DNA of 64,000 nt, from the NCBI GenBank assembly GCA_038087875.1, contig JAXLNO010000385.1:62001-126000 (forward strand). Reading direction: 5' to 3'. The position numbers and the translations under genes are program-made. Source of the DNA: Malacoraja senta (lineage: Eukaryota). Each line of letters starts with the position of its first letter. The first letter of the stretch is position 1. Under the pieces are notes generated by a model. That model saw only the letters and a program-made list of their open reading frames with translations, had not been told where the DNA came from and made no database searches. This document shows, in pieces, positions 10,799 to 25,084 of this stretch.

Positions 10799-13248
10799 CC
10801 GTCCATATACCCATCCAATCTATTTTTAAAGGATAACATCGAACCTGCCTCCACCACTTCCACTGGAAGCTCATTCCACACAGCTACCACTCTCTGAGTA
10901 AAGAAGTTCCCCCTAATGTTCCCCCTAAACTTCTGTCCCTTAATTCTCAAGTCATGTCCCCTTGTTTGAATCTTCCCTACTCTCAATGGGAAAAGCTTAT
11001 CCACGTCCACTCTGTCTAACCCGCTCATTATTTTAAAGACCTCTATCAAGTCCCCTCTTAACCTTCTGCGCTCCAAAGAATAAAGACCTAACTTGTTCAA
11101 CCTTTCTCTGTAACTTAGTTGCTGAAACCCAGGCAACATTCTAGTAAATCTCCTCTGTACTCTCTCTATTTTGTTGACATCCTTCCTATAATTAGGCGAC
11201 CAAAATTGTACTCCATACTCCAGAATTGGCCTCACCAATGCCTTGTACAATTTTAACATTACATCCCAACTTCTATATTCAATGCTCTGATTTATAAAGG
11301 CCAGCACACCAAAAGCTTTCTTTACCACCCTATCTACATGAGATTCCACCTTCAGGGAACTATGCACAGTTATTCCTAGATCCCTCTGTTCAACTGCATT
11401 CCTCAATTCGCTACCATTTACTGTGTACGTCCTATTTTGATTTGTCCTGCCGAGATGTAGCACCTCACATTTGTCAGCATTAAACTCCATCTGCCATGTT
11501 TCAGCCCACTCTTCCAAATGGCCTAAATCTCTCTGTAGACTTTGAAAATCTACTTCATTATCCACAACACCACCTATCTTAGTATCATCTGCATACTTAC
11601 TAATCCAATTTTCCACACCATCATCCAGATCATTGATGTACATGACAAACAACAGTGGACCCAACACGGACCCCTGAGGCACCCCACTAGTCACCGGCCT
11701 CCAACCTGACAAACAGCCATCCACCGTTACTGTCTGGCATCTCCCATTCAGCCACTGTTGAATCCATCTTGCTACTCCACCATTAATACCCAACAATTGA
11801 ATCTTCTTAACCAACCTTCCATGAGGAACCTTGTCAAACATCCACTGCTTTACCCTCATCAATTTCCCTAGTAAACTCTTCGAAAAATTCAAGAAGATTA
11901 GTCAAGCATGACCTTCCAGGCACAAATCCATGTTGAGTGTTCCTAATCAGACCCAGCTTATCCAGATGCTTATATATATTATCTTTAAGTATCCTTTCCA
12001 TTAATTTGCACACCACTGACGTCAAACTAACAGGTCTATAATTGCTAGGTTTACTCTTCGAACCCTTTTTAAACAACGGAACAACATGCGCAGTACGCCA
12101 ATCCTCCGGCACTATTCCCGTTTCTAATGACATTTGAAATATTTCTGTCATAGCCCCTGCTATTTCTACACTAACTTCCTTCAATGTCCTAGGGAATATC
12201 CTGTCAGGACCTGGAGACTTATCCGTTTTCATATTTTTCAAAAGTGTCCGCACCTCCTCTTCTTTGAATCTCACAATTTCCATTGCTACTCTGCTTGTTT
12301 CCCTTACCTCACATAATTCCATACCCTTCTCCTTCGTGAATACCGAAGAAAAGAAATTGTTCAATATCTCCCCCATCTCTTTTGGCTCTGCAGATAGCTG
12401 TCCACTCTGACTCTCTAATGGACCAATTTTATTCCTTGTTATCCTTTTGCTATCAATATAGCTGTAGAAACCCTTTGGATTTACTTTCACCTTACCTGCC
12501 AAAGCAACCTCATATCTTCTTTTAGCTTTTCTAATTTATTTCTTAATATTCTTTTTACATTCTTTATACTCCTCAAGCACCTCGTTTACTCCATGCTGCC
12601 TATAATTATTGCAGATCTCTCTCTTTTTCCGAACCAAGTGTCCAATTTCCCTTGAAAACCATGGCTCTTTCCATTTTTTACTATTTCCTTTCAACCGAAC
12701 AGGGACATAAAGATTCTGTACTCTTAAAATTTCACCCTTAAATGTCCTCCATTTTTCTTCTACATCCTTCCCATAAAACAACATGTCCCAATTCACTCCT
12801 TTTAAATCCTTTCGCATCTCCTCAAAATTAGCCTTTCTCCAAACAAAAATCTCAACCCTAGGTCCAGTTCTGACCCTCTCCATAATTATATTGAAACTAA
12901 TGGTATTGTGATCACTGAACCCGAAGTGCTCCCCGACGCATACCTCCGTCACCTGCCCTGTCTCATTTCCTAACAGGAGGTCCAGCACTGCCCCTTCTCT
13001 AGTAGGTACCTCTATGTATTGCTGCAAAAAACTATCTTGCACACATTTTACAAACTCCAAACCATCCAGCCCTTTTACAGAATGTATTTCCCAGTCTATG
13101 TGTGGAAAATTGAAATCTCCCACAATCACTACCTTGTGCTTACTACTAATATCTGCTATCTCCTTACATATTTGCTCTTCCAATTCTCGCTCCCCATTTG
13201 GCGGTCTATAATACACCCCTATAAGTGTTGCTACACCTTTCCGATTTC
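10799..13248 (-). mobile_element. CR1-clade LINE ORF2 remnant (APE plus RT), 3' end cut by the Gypsy LTR
   Basis: [30 protein letters not shown] and YADD motifs in three frameshifted ORFs; mirror copy at 46540-49006. Confidence 0.92.
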
Positions 13249-13792
13249 CGGAGACGCAGGTTCTATGTGACACACACGGGGCCGGGTGGAGGATGGGCCG
13301 CGGCTCTGGGCAGTGGACACACGGGGACGAAACCCCGCAACGACCCCGTCAGCTGCAGCGGAGTTGGGGACAGTCTGGTCCCTCCGCCCAGCCAGAGCCA
13401 CTGACCCACACCCCCCCCGATCACCCCGACCACCCGGCAACATCCCCGTCAGCTGCAGCAGTGTTGGGGACAGTCTGGTCCCTCCGCCCCCCCACAGCCA
13501 CTGACCGCGCTGCACCGGCACCGGACACCGACCACCCTCCCCCGAACACCCCCAGACCTCCAGCCGCGGGGATAGACGGCCCGAGGTACGTGAGTGTGGA
13601 ACCAGTCAGCGTGGAGTCCGAATGCTGGGACAGAAAACGGGCCCGTTGCACTGGAAGCCGTGGCAAGCGCTTACCCGACGTTCACCGCATGTACTCCAGT
13701 TGGCTTTGCGTGGCAACAGTACAGGTCAAGGGTCGTGACCCCGACTGCCGTGCAACCTCCCTCTAGATTGGTCAGAGTACGTGAATCGAGGA

Positions 13793-14116
13793 CCAAGTCA
13801 AGTCAAGTCAAGTCAAGTTTATTCGTCACATAAACATACGAGATGTGCAGTGACATGGAAAGTGGCAATGCTCGCGGATTGTGCAACAAACTACAAAACA
13901 GAATGGACAGAATCACATATTCACATATTACATATTTGCGGGAGGAAAAAAATAAAAAAAGAGCAATTTTAAAACGACACCACACAACAGTAAAATGGTT
14001 CAGTAAAGTTAGTCCCTGGTGAGATAGGAGTTTACAGTCCTAATGGCCTCTGGGAAGAAACTCCTTCTCATCCTCTCCGTTTTCACAGCATGGCAACGGA
14101 GGCGTTTGCCTGACCA
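13793..14116 (-). mobile_element. Rex1/Babar LINE 3' end (mirror copy at 42608-42930, +)
   Basis: SGKRLRCHAVKTERMRRSFFPEAIRTVN C-terminus, then aataaa and a (cttga)n tail. Confidence 0.75.
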
Positions 14117-14214
14117 GACGACGTTGATGCAAGGTGAAGGACAAAAAGAGTTAATAGGAATCTAGGAGTAACGTTTCCACACAGAAGGTGGTGGGTGGAT
14201 GGAACTAGCTGCCA

Positions 14215-17200
14215 TAGATACATAGATACATAGAAAATAGGTGCAGGAGTAGGCCATTCGGCCCTTCGAGCCTGCACCGCCATTCAATATGGTCATGGCT
14301 GATCATCCAACTCAGTATCCCGTACCTGCCTTCTCTCCATACCCCCTGATCCCTTTAGCCACAAGGGCCACATCTAACTCCCTCTTAAATATAGCCAATG
14401 AACTGGCCTGAACTACCCTCCGTGGCAGAGAGTTCCAGAGATTCACCACTCTCTGTGTGAAAACGTTTTTCCTCATCTCGGTCTTAAAGGATTTCCCCCT
14501 TATCCTTAAGCTGTGACCCCTTGTCCTGGACTTCCCCAACATCGGGAACAAACTTCCTGCATCTAGCCTGTCCAACCCCATAAGAATTTTGTACGTTTCT
14601 ATAAGATCCCCTCTCAATCTCCTAAATTCTAGCGAGTATAAGCCAAGTCTATCCAGTCTTTCTTCATATGAAAGTCCTGACATCCCAGGAATCAGTCTGG
14701 TGAACCTTCTCTGCACTCCCTCTATGGCTATAATGTCCTTCCTCAGATTTGGAGACCAAAACTGTACGCAATACTCCAGGTGTGGTCTCACCAAGACCCT
14801 GTACAACTGCAGTAGAACCTCCCTGCTCCTATACTCAAATCCTCTTGCTATGAAGGCCAACATACCATTCGCTTTCTCCACTGCCTGCTGCACCTGCATG
14901 CCTACTTTCAATGACTGGTGTACCATGACACCCAGGTCTCGCTGCATCTCCCCATTTCCTAATGGGCCACCATTTAGATAATAGTCTGCCTTCCCGTTTT
15001 TGCCACCAAAGTGGATAACCTCACATTTATCCACATTATACTGCATCTGCCAAACATTTGCCCACTCACCCAGCCTATCCAAGTCACCTTGCAGTCTCCT
15101 AGCATCCTCCTCACAGCTAACACTGCCCCCCAGCTTAGTGTCATCCGCAAACTTGGAGATGTTGCTTTCAATTCCCTCGTCCAGATCATTAATATAAATT
15201 GTAAATAGCTGGGGTCCCAGCACTGAGCCTTGCGGTACCCCACTAGTCACTGCCTGCCATTGTGAAAAGGACCCGTTTACTCCTACTCTTTGCTTCCTGT
15301 TTGCCAGCCAATTCTCTATCCACATCAATACTGAACCCCCAATACCGTGTGATTTAAGTTTGTATCCTAATCTCTTATGTGGTACCTTGTCGAAAGCCTT
15401 CTGAAAGTCCAGATACAACACATCCACTGGTTCTCCCCTATCCACTCTACTAGTTACATCCTCGAAAAATTCTATAAGATTCGTCAGACACGATTTACCT
15501 TTCGTAAATCCATGCTGACTTTGTCCAATGATTTCACCACTTTCCAAATGTGCTGCTATCCCATCTTTAATAACTGACTCTAGCAGTTTCCCCACTACCG
15601 ATGTTAGACTAACTGGTCTGTAATTCCCCGTTTTCTCTCTCCCCCCCTTCTTAAAAAGTGGGGTTACGTTGGCTACCCTCCAATCCTCAGGAACTACTCC
15701 AGAATCTAAAGAGTTTTGAAAAATTATCACTAATGCATCCACTATTTCTGGAGCTACTTCCTTAAGTACTCTGGGATGCAGCCTATCTGGCCCTGGTGAT
15801 TTATCGGCCTTTAATCCATTCAATTTACCCAACACCACTTCCCGACTAACCTGGATTTCACTCAGTTCCTCCATCTCCTTTGACCCGCGGCCCCCTGCTA
15901 TTTCCGGCAGATTATTTATGTCTTCCTTAGTGAAGACGGAACCAAAGTAGTTATTCAATTGGTCCGCCATATCCTTGTTCCCCATGATCAATTCACCTGT
16001 TTCTGACTGCAATGGCCCTACATTTGTTTTAACTAATCTCTTTTCTTCACATTTCTATAAAAACTTTTGCAGTCAGTTTTTATGTTCCCTGCCAGTTTCC
16101 TTTCATAATCTATTTTCCCTTTCCTAATTAAGCCCTTTGTCCTCCTTTGCTGGTCTCTGAATTTCTCCCAGTCCTCTGGTATGCTGCTTTTTCTGGCTAA
16201 TTTGTACGCATCATCTTTTGCTTTGATACTATCCCTGATTTCCCTTGTTATCCACGGATGCACTACCTTCCCTGATTTATTCTTTTGCCAAACTGGGATG
16301 AACAATTTTTGTAGTTCATCCATGCAGTCTTTAAATGCCTTCCATTGCATATCCACCGTCAACCCTTTTAGAACTAATTGCCAGTCAATCTTGGCCAATT
16401 CACGTCTCATACCCTCAAAATTACCTTTCTTTAAGTTCAGAACCGTTGTTTCTGAATTAACAATGTCACTCTCCATCCTAATGAAGAACTCAACCATATT
16501 ATGGTCACTCTTGCCCAAGGGGGCACGCACAACAAGACTGCCAACTAACCCTTCCTCATTACTCAATACCCAGTCTAGAATAGCCTGCTCTCTCGTTGGT
16601 TCCTCTACATGTTGGTTTAGATAACTATCCCTCATACATTCCAAGAAATCCTCTTCCTCAGCACCCCTGCCAATTTGATTCACCCAATCTATATGTAGAT
16701 TGAAGTCACCCATTATAACTGTTTTGCCTTTGTTGCACGCATTTCTAATTTCCTGTTTGATGCCATCCCCAACTTCAATACTACTGCTAGGTGGCCTGTA
16801 CACAACACCCACCAGCGTTTTCTGCCCCTTAGTGTTTCGCAGCTCTACCCATACCGATTCCACATCCTCCAAGCTAATGTCCTTCCTTTCCACTGCGTTA
16901 ATCTCCTCTCTAACCAGCAACGCTACCCCACCTCCTTTTCCTTTATCTCTATCCTGGATATTGAATATCCCTGGATGTTCAGCTCCCAGCCTTGGTCACC
17001 CTGGAGCCATGTCTCCGTGATCCCAACTATATCATAATCATTAATTGCTATCTGCACGTTCAACTCATCCACCTTATTTCGAATGCTCCTTGCATTGAGA
17101 CACAAAGCCTTCAGGCTTGTTTTTACAACGCTCTTACCCCTTATACAATTATGTTGAAAAGTGGCTCTTTTTGATTTTTGCCCTGGATTTGTCTGCCTGC

Positions 17201-17771
17201 CACTTTTACTTTTCACCTTGCTACCTATTGCTTCTGCCCGCATTTTATACCCCTCTGTTTCTCTGCTCACCCATTTAAGAACCCCACCACCTCTTATTCT
17301 CTGTTTATTATTGTTTTCTTCTTTCCCCCCTACATGTTGGTTCTGAGTGCTTTCCTTCTCTGCCTCCTGCCTCACACACTGTCTAATAGCATTCTCTATT
17401 TGAGTCCCTCCCCCCAACCATTCTAGTTTAAAGTCTCCCCAGTAGCCTTTGCAGATCTCCCCGCCAGGATATCGGTCCCCCTCAGGTTCAAGTGCAACCC
17501 ATCCTTTTTGTACAGGTCGAACCTTCCACAAAAGAGGTTACAATGATCCAGAAATTTGAATCCCTGCCTTCTGCACCAGTCCTTCAGCCACGCATTTATC
17601 CTCCACCTCGCTCCATTCCTACTCTCACTGTCGCGTGGCACAGGCAGTAATCCCGAGATTGTTACCTTTGCTGTCCTTCTCTTTAACTCCCCTCCTAACT
17701 CCCTAAATTCTCCTTTCAGGACCTCTTCTCTTTTTTTACCTATGTCATTGGTACCTATATGTACCGAAATA
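14215..17771 (-). mobile_element. Young CR1/HER1 LINE: ORF1 esterase end plus nearly intact ORF2
   Basis: SGNH-type DGLHLN end of ORF1 (17423-17641); NARSI, ETWL, GDFN, SDH endonuclease; 566-aa RT ORF with FADD; (tatgtatc)n tail; TGCCA duplicated at 14210-14214 and 17772-17776; absent from the right arm. Confidence 0.95.
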
Positions 17772-18269
17772 TGCCAGAGGAGATAGCTAAGGTTGGGACT
17801 ATCACAACGTTTAAGAAACAGCTACAAGGTTACACCGATAGGACGGGGTTGGAGGGATATGGACCAGACGCCAGGGACTAGTGCAACTGGGACACGTTGG
17901 TCGGTTTGGACGTAGGGCCGAGGGGCCTGTTTCCACGCTGTATCACACCAAGGGCGGCACATTGGTTGCACTACTGCTACAAAACGCCAGAGACCAGGGT
18001 TCTATCCTACCCTCGTCTGCTGTCTGTGTGTAAGTGTGCACATTCGCCCTGTGACCGCGTGAGTTTCCTCTGAGTGGCCGAAGATCCTCTTTCCCACGCT
18101 GTATTTAACTTAAACCAAATCACACTGAAATTACACATGCCATGTCTCACAGTGTGCTCGGGGAGGGGGGGTGGCAGATTACGGAGGGAAGCCATCATTG
18201 AGCGAAACATAGCACACGGTCAGACTGTGCACAGTCCGACTGAGCAAAGGACACAGAAATTTCTTCAGG

Positions 18270-18657
18270 AAACATATAAAATTATAAAAGGACTGGACCA
18301 GCTAGATGCAGGAAAAAACGTTCCCAATGTTGGGCGAGTCCAGAACCAGGGGCCACTGTCTTAGAATAAAGGGGAGGTCATTTAAGACTGAGGTGAGAAA
18401 AAACTTTTTCACCCAGAGAGTTGTGAATTTATGGAATTCCCTGCCACAGAGGGCAGTGGAGGCCAAATCACTGGATGGATTTAAGAGAGAGTTAGATAGA
18501 GCTCTAGGGGCCAGTGGAATCAAGGGATATGGGGAGAAGGCAGGCACGGGTTAGTGATTGAGGACGATCAGCCATGTTCACAATGAATAGCGGTTTTGGC
18601 TCGAAGGGTCGGATGGCATCCTCCTGCACCTATTGTCCATGTTTCTACGTTTCTATG
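18270..18657 (+). mobile_element. CR1/HER1 3' fragment (mirror copy about 41630-42020)
   Basis: SRTRGHCL...FFTQRVVNLWNSLP plus conserved 3' UTR and tail. Confidence 0.88.
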
Positions 18658-18854
18658 AATATTACAGCATCTGTCTTGCAATATCAGTGATGTTATGGTA
18701 GGAATTATGATTTATTTTGGAGGAAAAAACTAAACTGGATTGGTAGATGGGTTCACTGGAGATGTCCATCGAAATCACACCAACATTAAATGAAATAACA
18801 CAGTGTCATGGACCATTCATTCATTGGAAAGCATAAATTCTTGCTTTCAGTGAA

Positions 18855-18947
18855 AAATACACAAAGTGCTGGTGTAACAGAGGGTCAGGCAACATTTTTG
18901 GAGAACTTGTATAGGTGACGTTTCGGATAGTGACCATTCTTCAGACT
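18855..18947 (-). mobile_element. PLE terminal-repeat remnant with degenerate hammerhead core (mirror copy 41338-41430)
   Basis: CUGAAGA-AUGGUCACUAUCC-GAAAC-GUC; stem II is decayed. Confidence 0.6.
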
Positions 18948-19205
18948 CTGTTTTCAACGACTCGCTTCGTGTTTTTTTTTACTCGATCCTTAAATTATTC
19001 GCTTGTCATCTCCCATGGTGGAGTCAAGGGCTGTGGCGCAAGGTGTTTGTTCCGTGAGTGTCACTAATGTCAATCAGCAGGTATGAGGTCATGTCGCTGG
19101 AGACCTATCGCTCTATATATCTCGGTGCCCACCAGAAGGCATCGCCACAGAGCTACAGCGATGACGGACTGACGGAGCCACAGGAGATAATTGTGTCTTC
19201 CAGCT

Positions 19206-19275
19206 ATGGAATTTCCATTGATCTATCGAATTGAATATATATATTACCCTACAATAGCGGCTGTCGCTGTTTCCG
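19206..19275 (+). CDS. Exon 1 of GPR139-like GPCR copy A
   Basis: MEFPLIYRIEYIYYPTIAAVAVS-G then a GTAATT donor; completes TM1 in frame with exon 2 (G|TG AAC = V N). TATA-like TATATAT at 19114-19120. Confidence 0.85.
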
Positions 19276-19904
19276 GTAATTTGGTTTGTCTCTGATTTTC
19301 ATGTACGCGCATTAGCTGTGAGACATTCCGTAAACTCCGGCGGTGCCGACGTTAAACAAACATTGTTTGTGTTTCAATAATTCACTTGTTTAATTTGGTT
19401 AGACATCCATGTTCCTGCTGTAACTGCCGCAATGTGTACGTCATGCCCGTTGTTTATCCTGGCCTGGATCACTGTCTGTACCGATTGCGCCGGCCAGAGC
19501 CCTGACCAGCGAGCAGGTATCAGATAATCACACCCTGGTATGTTGGTCAGGAGCTGTGAGAATGGCAACTTGGGTTCCTTCCGTGGAGAGTCTGAAACGA
19601 GTTAGCGAAATGACATGTGTTCCCAATCGGACAAACCTGCTTAACTGAATATATAATCGATATATTTTCTGCACTCGTCGCTGCGTGAAGCGTAATCCCG
19701 CGTTAGACCTGTAATGCTACAGCTCATGAGATAAAGCAAGTGAATGTCAAGAACTGGGATCTGACTCTATGAAGGTTTCACGACTTTACTATGATGTAAA
19801 CTCAGATGTCAACTCAGATGTAAACAGTTGCTGTCACGTAATTTTATATCAGTTAGTGTTATGTATTTTGATATCTTCTCCTTCGGACGATGTGTAAATT
19901 CGAT

Positions 19905-22900
19905 TTTTTTTTTTCTTCTTTTAATATTGTATTTATTAGAAATAATATACATTACAGTGATATAAGCCCAAAATAACATAATACATTTCCTGTACCACTT
20001 CTTGTTTTAAACTTTAAAAAGCAGAAGAATAGAGAGAGTTAGATAAGATAGTAAGTGCGTGAAAGAGTGATCAGGAGAAACCCGTAGAAACGTAAAACAC
20101 GAGAAAGAGTTAAAAAGAAAACCAAAGAAAAAGAAAGAGAAAAATAGAAAACAAAAGATATAAGAAAGTAAAATAAGATAAAAGGGATGTCCCTACTTCG
20201 TATCTTTACACACCCCTCACCGGGTCCTGAAACCATTTATTTTCAAAGTTATGTTGCACCCTATGCTTGTAATGTCGATAAATGGAGACCACGTCTTTTG
20301 GAAATGGTCTGATTTGCCTGCTAGGAGGAATCTCATGTCTTCTAGGTGTAACATTTCGGACATATTTGAAATCCACATATTAATCGTTCGTGTGGGAGCC
20401 TTTTTCCAGAATTTAAGTACACGTTTTTTTGCTATTATTAAGCCGTAATTAAGGAAGCTCTTTTGGAACGAAGTCAGCTCAAAGCTGGCTTCCAATGTTC
20501 CAAAAATAATCAATTCTGCGTTCGGTTTCAGTTTTCTTTTAAATAATTTTGTAAAAATTTCAAAGATTTCATTCCAAAATTTTTGGATTGTTATACAAAA
20601 AACAAAGGCATGTGCTATAGTTGCTTCTTGGGATAGACATTTATCACAGATGGGGGAGACATTTGGAAACAATTTACTTATTTTAGTTTTTGAGTAATAT
20701 AGTCTATGTAAAGTTTTAAATTTGATTAGAATATGTCGTACATTGATCGAGCATTTGTGCACATATAGCAAGTGTTTATCCCAACTCTCTTTCGAGATTT
20801 TTATAGCTAGTGCTTGTTCCCAATCTCTTCTAATTCTATCGGATGATGGTATTTCTATATTTAGGATGACATTATACAAGTTTGATATTAAATTAGTTGA
20901 TTCCGCCTTTATATTCATTGCTTCGTCTAATAGGTCTGGAGACAAATTTTGATATTCTTGTGTACATTTTTTCAAATAATCACGGATTTGAAAATATTTA
21001 AAATATTGATTACTCAGATTGTATTTAAGTTGTAGTTGTTGGGATGATAAAAACATTCCATTTTTCATACATGTCTCCAAACGTTTTAATTCCTATTCTT
21101 TCCCAGGGTGTAAATGATTTACCTATAATAGATGGATTAAACGACGGATTATTAACTATGGAAGCGATAGGTTTCTTAATTTTAGGATTAATTTTATTTG
21201 TTTCCAAATTCTAATTGTACTATGAATAATTGGATTTTTACTGTATGTTGTATTATTCAGTTTTATTGGTGAGAGAAGGATCGCTCCTATATTAAAAGGG
21301 GAGCAATCCTCTCTCTCCATTACTATCCAATCGAACAGGTGAATGACATTTTTGACATTTGCTGCCAAATTAGAATACAAAAATTAGGGAGTGTTAATCC
21401 ACCAAATTCTCTAGGTTTGCACAAATGTCTTTGAATTCTATGGGATATATAGTCCCATATAAAATTTGTGATATCGGAATCCAGTTTTTTTTAAAACTTT
21501 TTTGGTAAGTATATTTACATTGATTGGAATAGATATAAAATTTGTGGTAGAAACATCATTTTTATAGCATTTATTCGGCCTATGAAAGACATCGGAAGAG
21601 TTTTCCAAAATTTAATCAGGGCGTTTAATTTATTAAGTAGGGGCATATAGTTTGCAATAAATAAAGACTTATATTTTCTGGAAATTTCAATTCCCAAATA
21701 AATTTTTTTTCTGTACCAATTTTAAAAAGGAATTTTCACAGGTGTGTTTAGTCTTGAGGTTTTATCGTCATAATTTCACTTTTATTCCAATTTATTCTAT
21801 TTCCTGAGAAGATTAGATTTAATATATTTGGTATACTGATTTGTGATTTTGTGATGTATAGTAGTACATCATCTGCGTATAATGATATTTTATTATTTGA
21901 GTATTTTGTATTATAACCATGGATATTCGGATGTGTTCTAATGCTTTCAGCTAGAGGTTCTATTACAAGACAAATAGCAGAGGTGATAGTGAGCATCCCT
22001 GTCTATTGCCCCTTGGTAATTGAAATTTCGGGGACAACATGTTATCAGTTAATATTCTAGCAGTGGGCCTGTCATATAATAGTTTTACCCATGAGATAAA
22101 ATTCTGTCCCATTTGAATTTTTTGCAATACTTTAACAAGGTAGTCCGATTCCACTTGATCGAATGCTTTTTCTGCGTCCAATGAAATAATTGATCTTCAG
22201 TTTGATATGAATGCGTTATATTAAACAGACGTCTCAGATTATTGCATGAATATCTCTTGGGTATAAACCCCGTTTGATCCGCATTGATGAATTTACTAAC
22301 GTATTTACTTAATCTTCTAGCTAATGTTTTTGCTAGTATTTTTTGATCTGTATTTAAGAGCGAAATGGCTCGGTATGAACCAGGGTCTTCTAAATCTTTA
22401 TCTTTTTTCGGTATAAGTGTAATCGTTGATTCCGTTAATGTTTCTGGTAATGTTTCTTCTTTGAAAGCATATGTATACATTTTATGTAAACGTGGTGAAA
22501 TTATCTCATAAAATCTTTTATAAAATTCATTACTAAATCCATCTGGTCCTGGTGTTTTTCCATCCTTTAGTGAGTTTATTGTTTCTTCTATTTCCTTAAT
22601 TGAGATTTGTGCTCCTAATTCCTCTTGTTCGATCAGGTTAAGTTTTGGGAGATTACAGTTATCCAAGAACTCTATAACTTTAGTACTATCTGCTGACGTT
22701 TTAGATGTATATACATTTTGATACAATTGAGCAAATCTTTTATTAATATCATTAGGCAGTGTTAACAATTCAACTTTATCTGATTTTATCTTTAAAATCG
22801 TATGATCTTTTCCCGATTTTTCAATTGACGTCCCAAAAGGTTATGCGGTTTATAACCAAATTCAAAATGTTCCTGTTTTGTAATTTGAAATAATCTTATA

Positions 22901-22985
22901 ACTTTTGCTGATAATATTTTATTTAATTAAATTTGAATATTGTTATTTTATTATGTTTATCTATAGTTGGCTCTTTAGCGAAATT
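19905..22985 (-). mobile_element. L1-clade LINE remnant in the GPCR intron, antisense to the gene
   Basis: GKTPGPDGF, YRAISLLN, DAEKAFD, RQGCSLSPLLF, LYADD and C-terminal HRLYY...CDKC motifs; many frameshifts; A-rich tail near 19905. Confidence 0.92.
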
Positions 22986-23859
22986 AGAATTTATATCCGC
23001 AGATGTATCTGTACATGCTCGCCACCTTGCCACAGTCAGTACCACCTACATGGGCGGAAATTCTGGGGAGGGACGGGAGCAACCCCCCCCCCCCCCGCCC
23101 CCGGCGCTTTGAGAGGTGGGGGACAATCCCACCTACTTTTGTAATCCGGAATTTATCAGATGCTTTCTAAGGGCTGAATCGGTCAGTTCGCGGGGCCTTT
23201 CACCGCCCAGCGCGTCTTAAAATCAACCTGCTGCATCCAGGCGATCGAGGCTCCCAATGTTGAAGCCCCCACCGGCCGATGAAAGGCCCTGCGATCGGGC
23301 GGATTCAAGCCCCACCAGTCGAGGCGGACGAAGCTGCTGTTGCTGAAGTACGGAGTCGGTCACCAACCAGGGCAGCTTCCGATGTTGCCGTCCCCCCCAT
23401 GTTTTGATAGCGATTTCCGTGCCTGGCTGCCGGTGTCACACAGTTTCGGAGACGCAGGTTCAATCTCCACCCTCCCGTGCTTTATGAGCAATGTTTCATC
23501 GTTTGTCCTCCGACTCCACGCTAATCTTGGCTGTGCGCATGTTTCCTCCCACATGCAATTGACCTGCCTATTAATGGTTTCTGTAACTACTGTCCATGGG
23601 ACAGTGTAGATGGATGCTACAATCTGGAGACAGTTCATAAGAATATGGGCAGTATTAAAAGCTGTGAACGTAATACACATTGGTGTTTGATGAGGTGCGT
23701 GGACACCGTGGTCCAAAGGCTGTAGTCTCTGAACGTGGTCTGGGCTGAAGGTCATTTGGTCAACCAAATTTGAAGTTTGAAAACCTTCCAATCAGACAAT
23801 GTCCCTCAGATACTTTTGTGCGGGGCTTATGTCAGTAATATCTCTTCTCTCTCTCACAG

Positions 23860-24756
23860 TGAACTTGCTGGCGATTGTGATTCTCTGTCGAGGTAAATGC
23901 GGTCTCTCCAAATGCATCACTGTCTACCTGGTGGCCATGGCAGCGTCTGATCTCCTGGTCGGCATCACCGATCCGTTTCTCAATCAGACTATTCTAATTC
24001 ACTTCCCGTATTCTTTGCTGAACATTACTCCCGTGTGCACGACTATCTATTTCCTGGTCTTTGCATCCACCGCGGTCTCTGTCTGGCTGACGGTCGCCTT
24101 CACCTTCGATCGGTTTGTGGCTATTTGCTGTGAGAAGCTGAAAACAAGATATTGCACTGAGAGAACGGCGACTGTGATTATCGGGGCAGTGGGTGTGCTG
24201 GGCTGTTTAGAGAACGTCCCCTGGTGTTTTACGTTAGAACCTGGCTACGTGTTTGATAATCTTCCCTGGGGTTGCTACGGTAAACCTACGTCGTCTGCAT
24301 GGATCGCATATGCTGTCACACACCGCGTCCTAACCCCTTGTATCCCGTTCTTTCTGATCCTTCTGCTCAATGTGCTCACGGTCAGGCGGATTGTAGCGGC
24401 CAGCAGAGTCCGCAGGGGGCTCCGGGGACGCAGCAACGGGAGAGAATGACAAGGACCCGGAGATGGAGAACCGCAGGAAATCCATCGTTTTACTCTTCAG
24501 TATCACGGGCACTTTCGTCCTGCTGTGGGCAACACAGGCCATATTTTACATCTTTACGGGTATTGCGAAGGTGCGAGTTGACTACACCCCCACCGGTTAT
24601 TACTATATCACAATGATCACGTCGGGCTTCTTACAGCTGCTCAGTACCTGCACCAACACGTGTATTTACGTGGTGACCCAGAGTAAATTCAGGGCTGAGC
24701 TGATCAACGCGGTTAAATTCCCAGTGAGTGCAATTCGTGCACTTGTCCGTCCGTGA
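23860..24756 (+). pseudogene. Exon 2 of GPR139/142-like class A GPCR copy A, frameshifted as assembled
   Basis: Acceptor ctctctcacAG at 23859; VNLLAIVILCRGKCGLS...YLVAMAASDLL...SVWLTVAFTFDRFVAICC...TNTCIY. Extra G at 24438-24440 in ICL3 and a 9-bp ECL2 deletion relative to copy B. Confidence 0.85.
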
Positions 24757-25084
24757 CCCTCTGATCCACGCCGATAGTTCAACATACATTTGCTCCCATC
24801 AGTGTTTGTCCGCCCAATATTCCCATTCAACTGCTCAGAATCTCCACTACGCACATACTCACACGGAACAGCTTGCAATGGCCATTTGAACCATCACTCG
24901 TAGAAGTTATAGAATCATACATCACTGAATCTGTCACTTTGGCTCATTTCGTCTCTGCTAACCGAGATGCGCCGTCAACGCGAGTCCGATTTGCCCGCGA
25001 TTCCCCGACATTCATTTTAACCTTTCCTATAAATGCACCCGTCCAATCACCCTAACGGACTTGCCCCCTCCTGTATCAAAAATC

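Noticed and set aside
23340..23791. 143-aa and 89-aa ORFs conserved in both arms
   Set aside because: Intronic; conservation only reflects the recent duplication; no recognisable domain.
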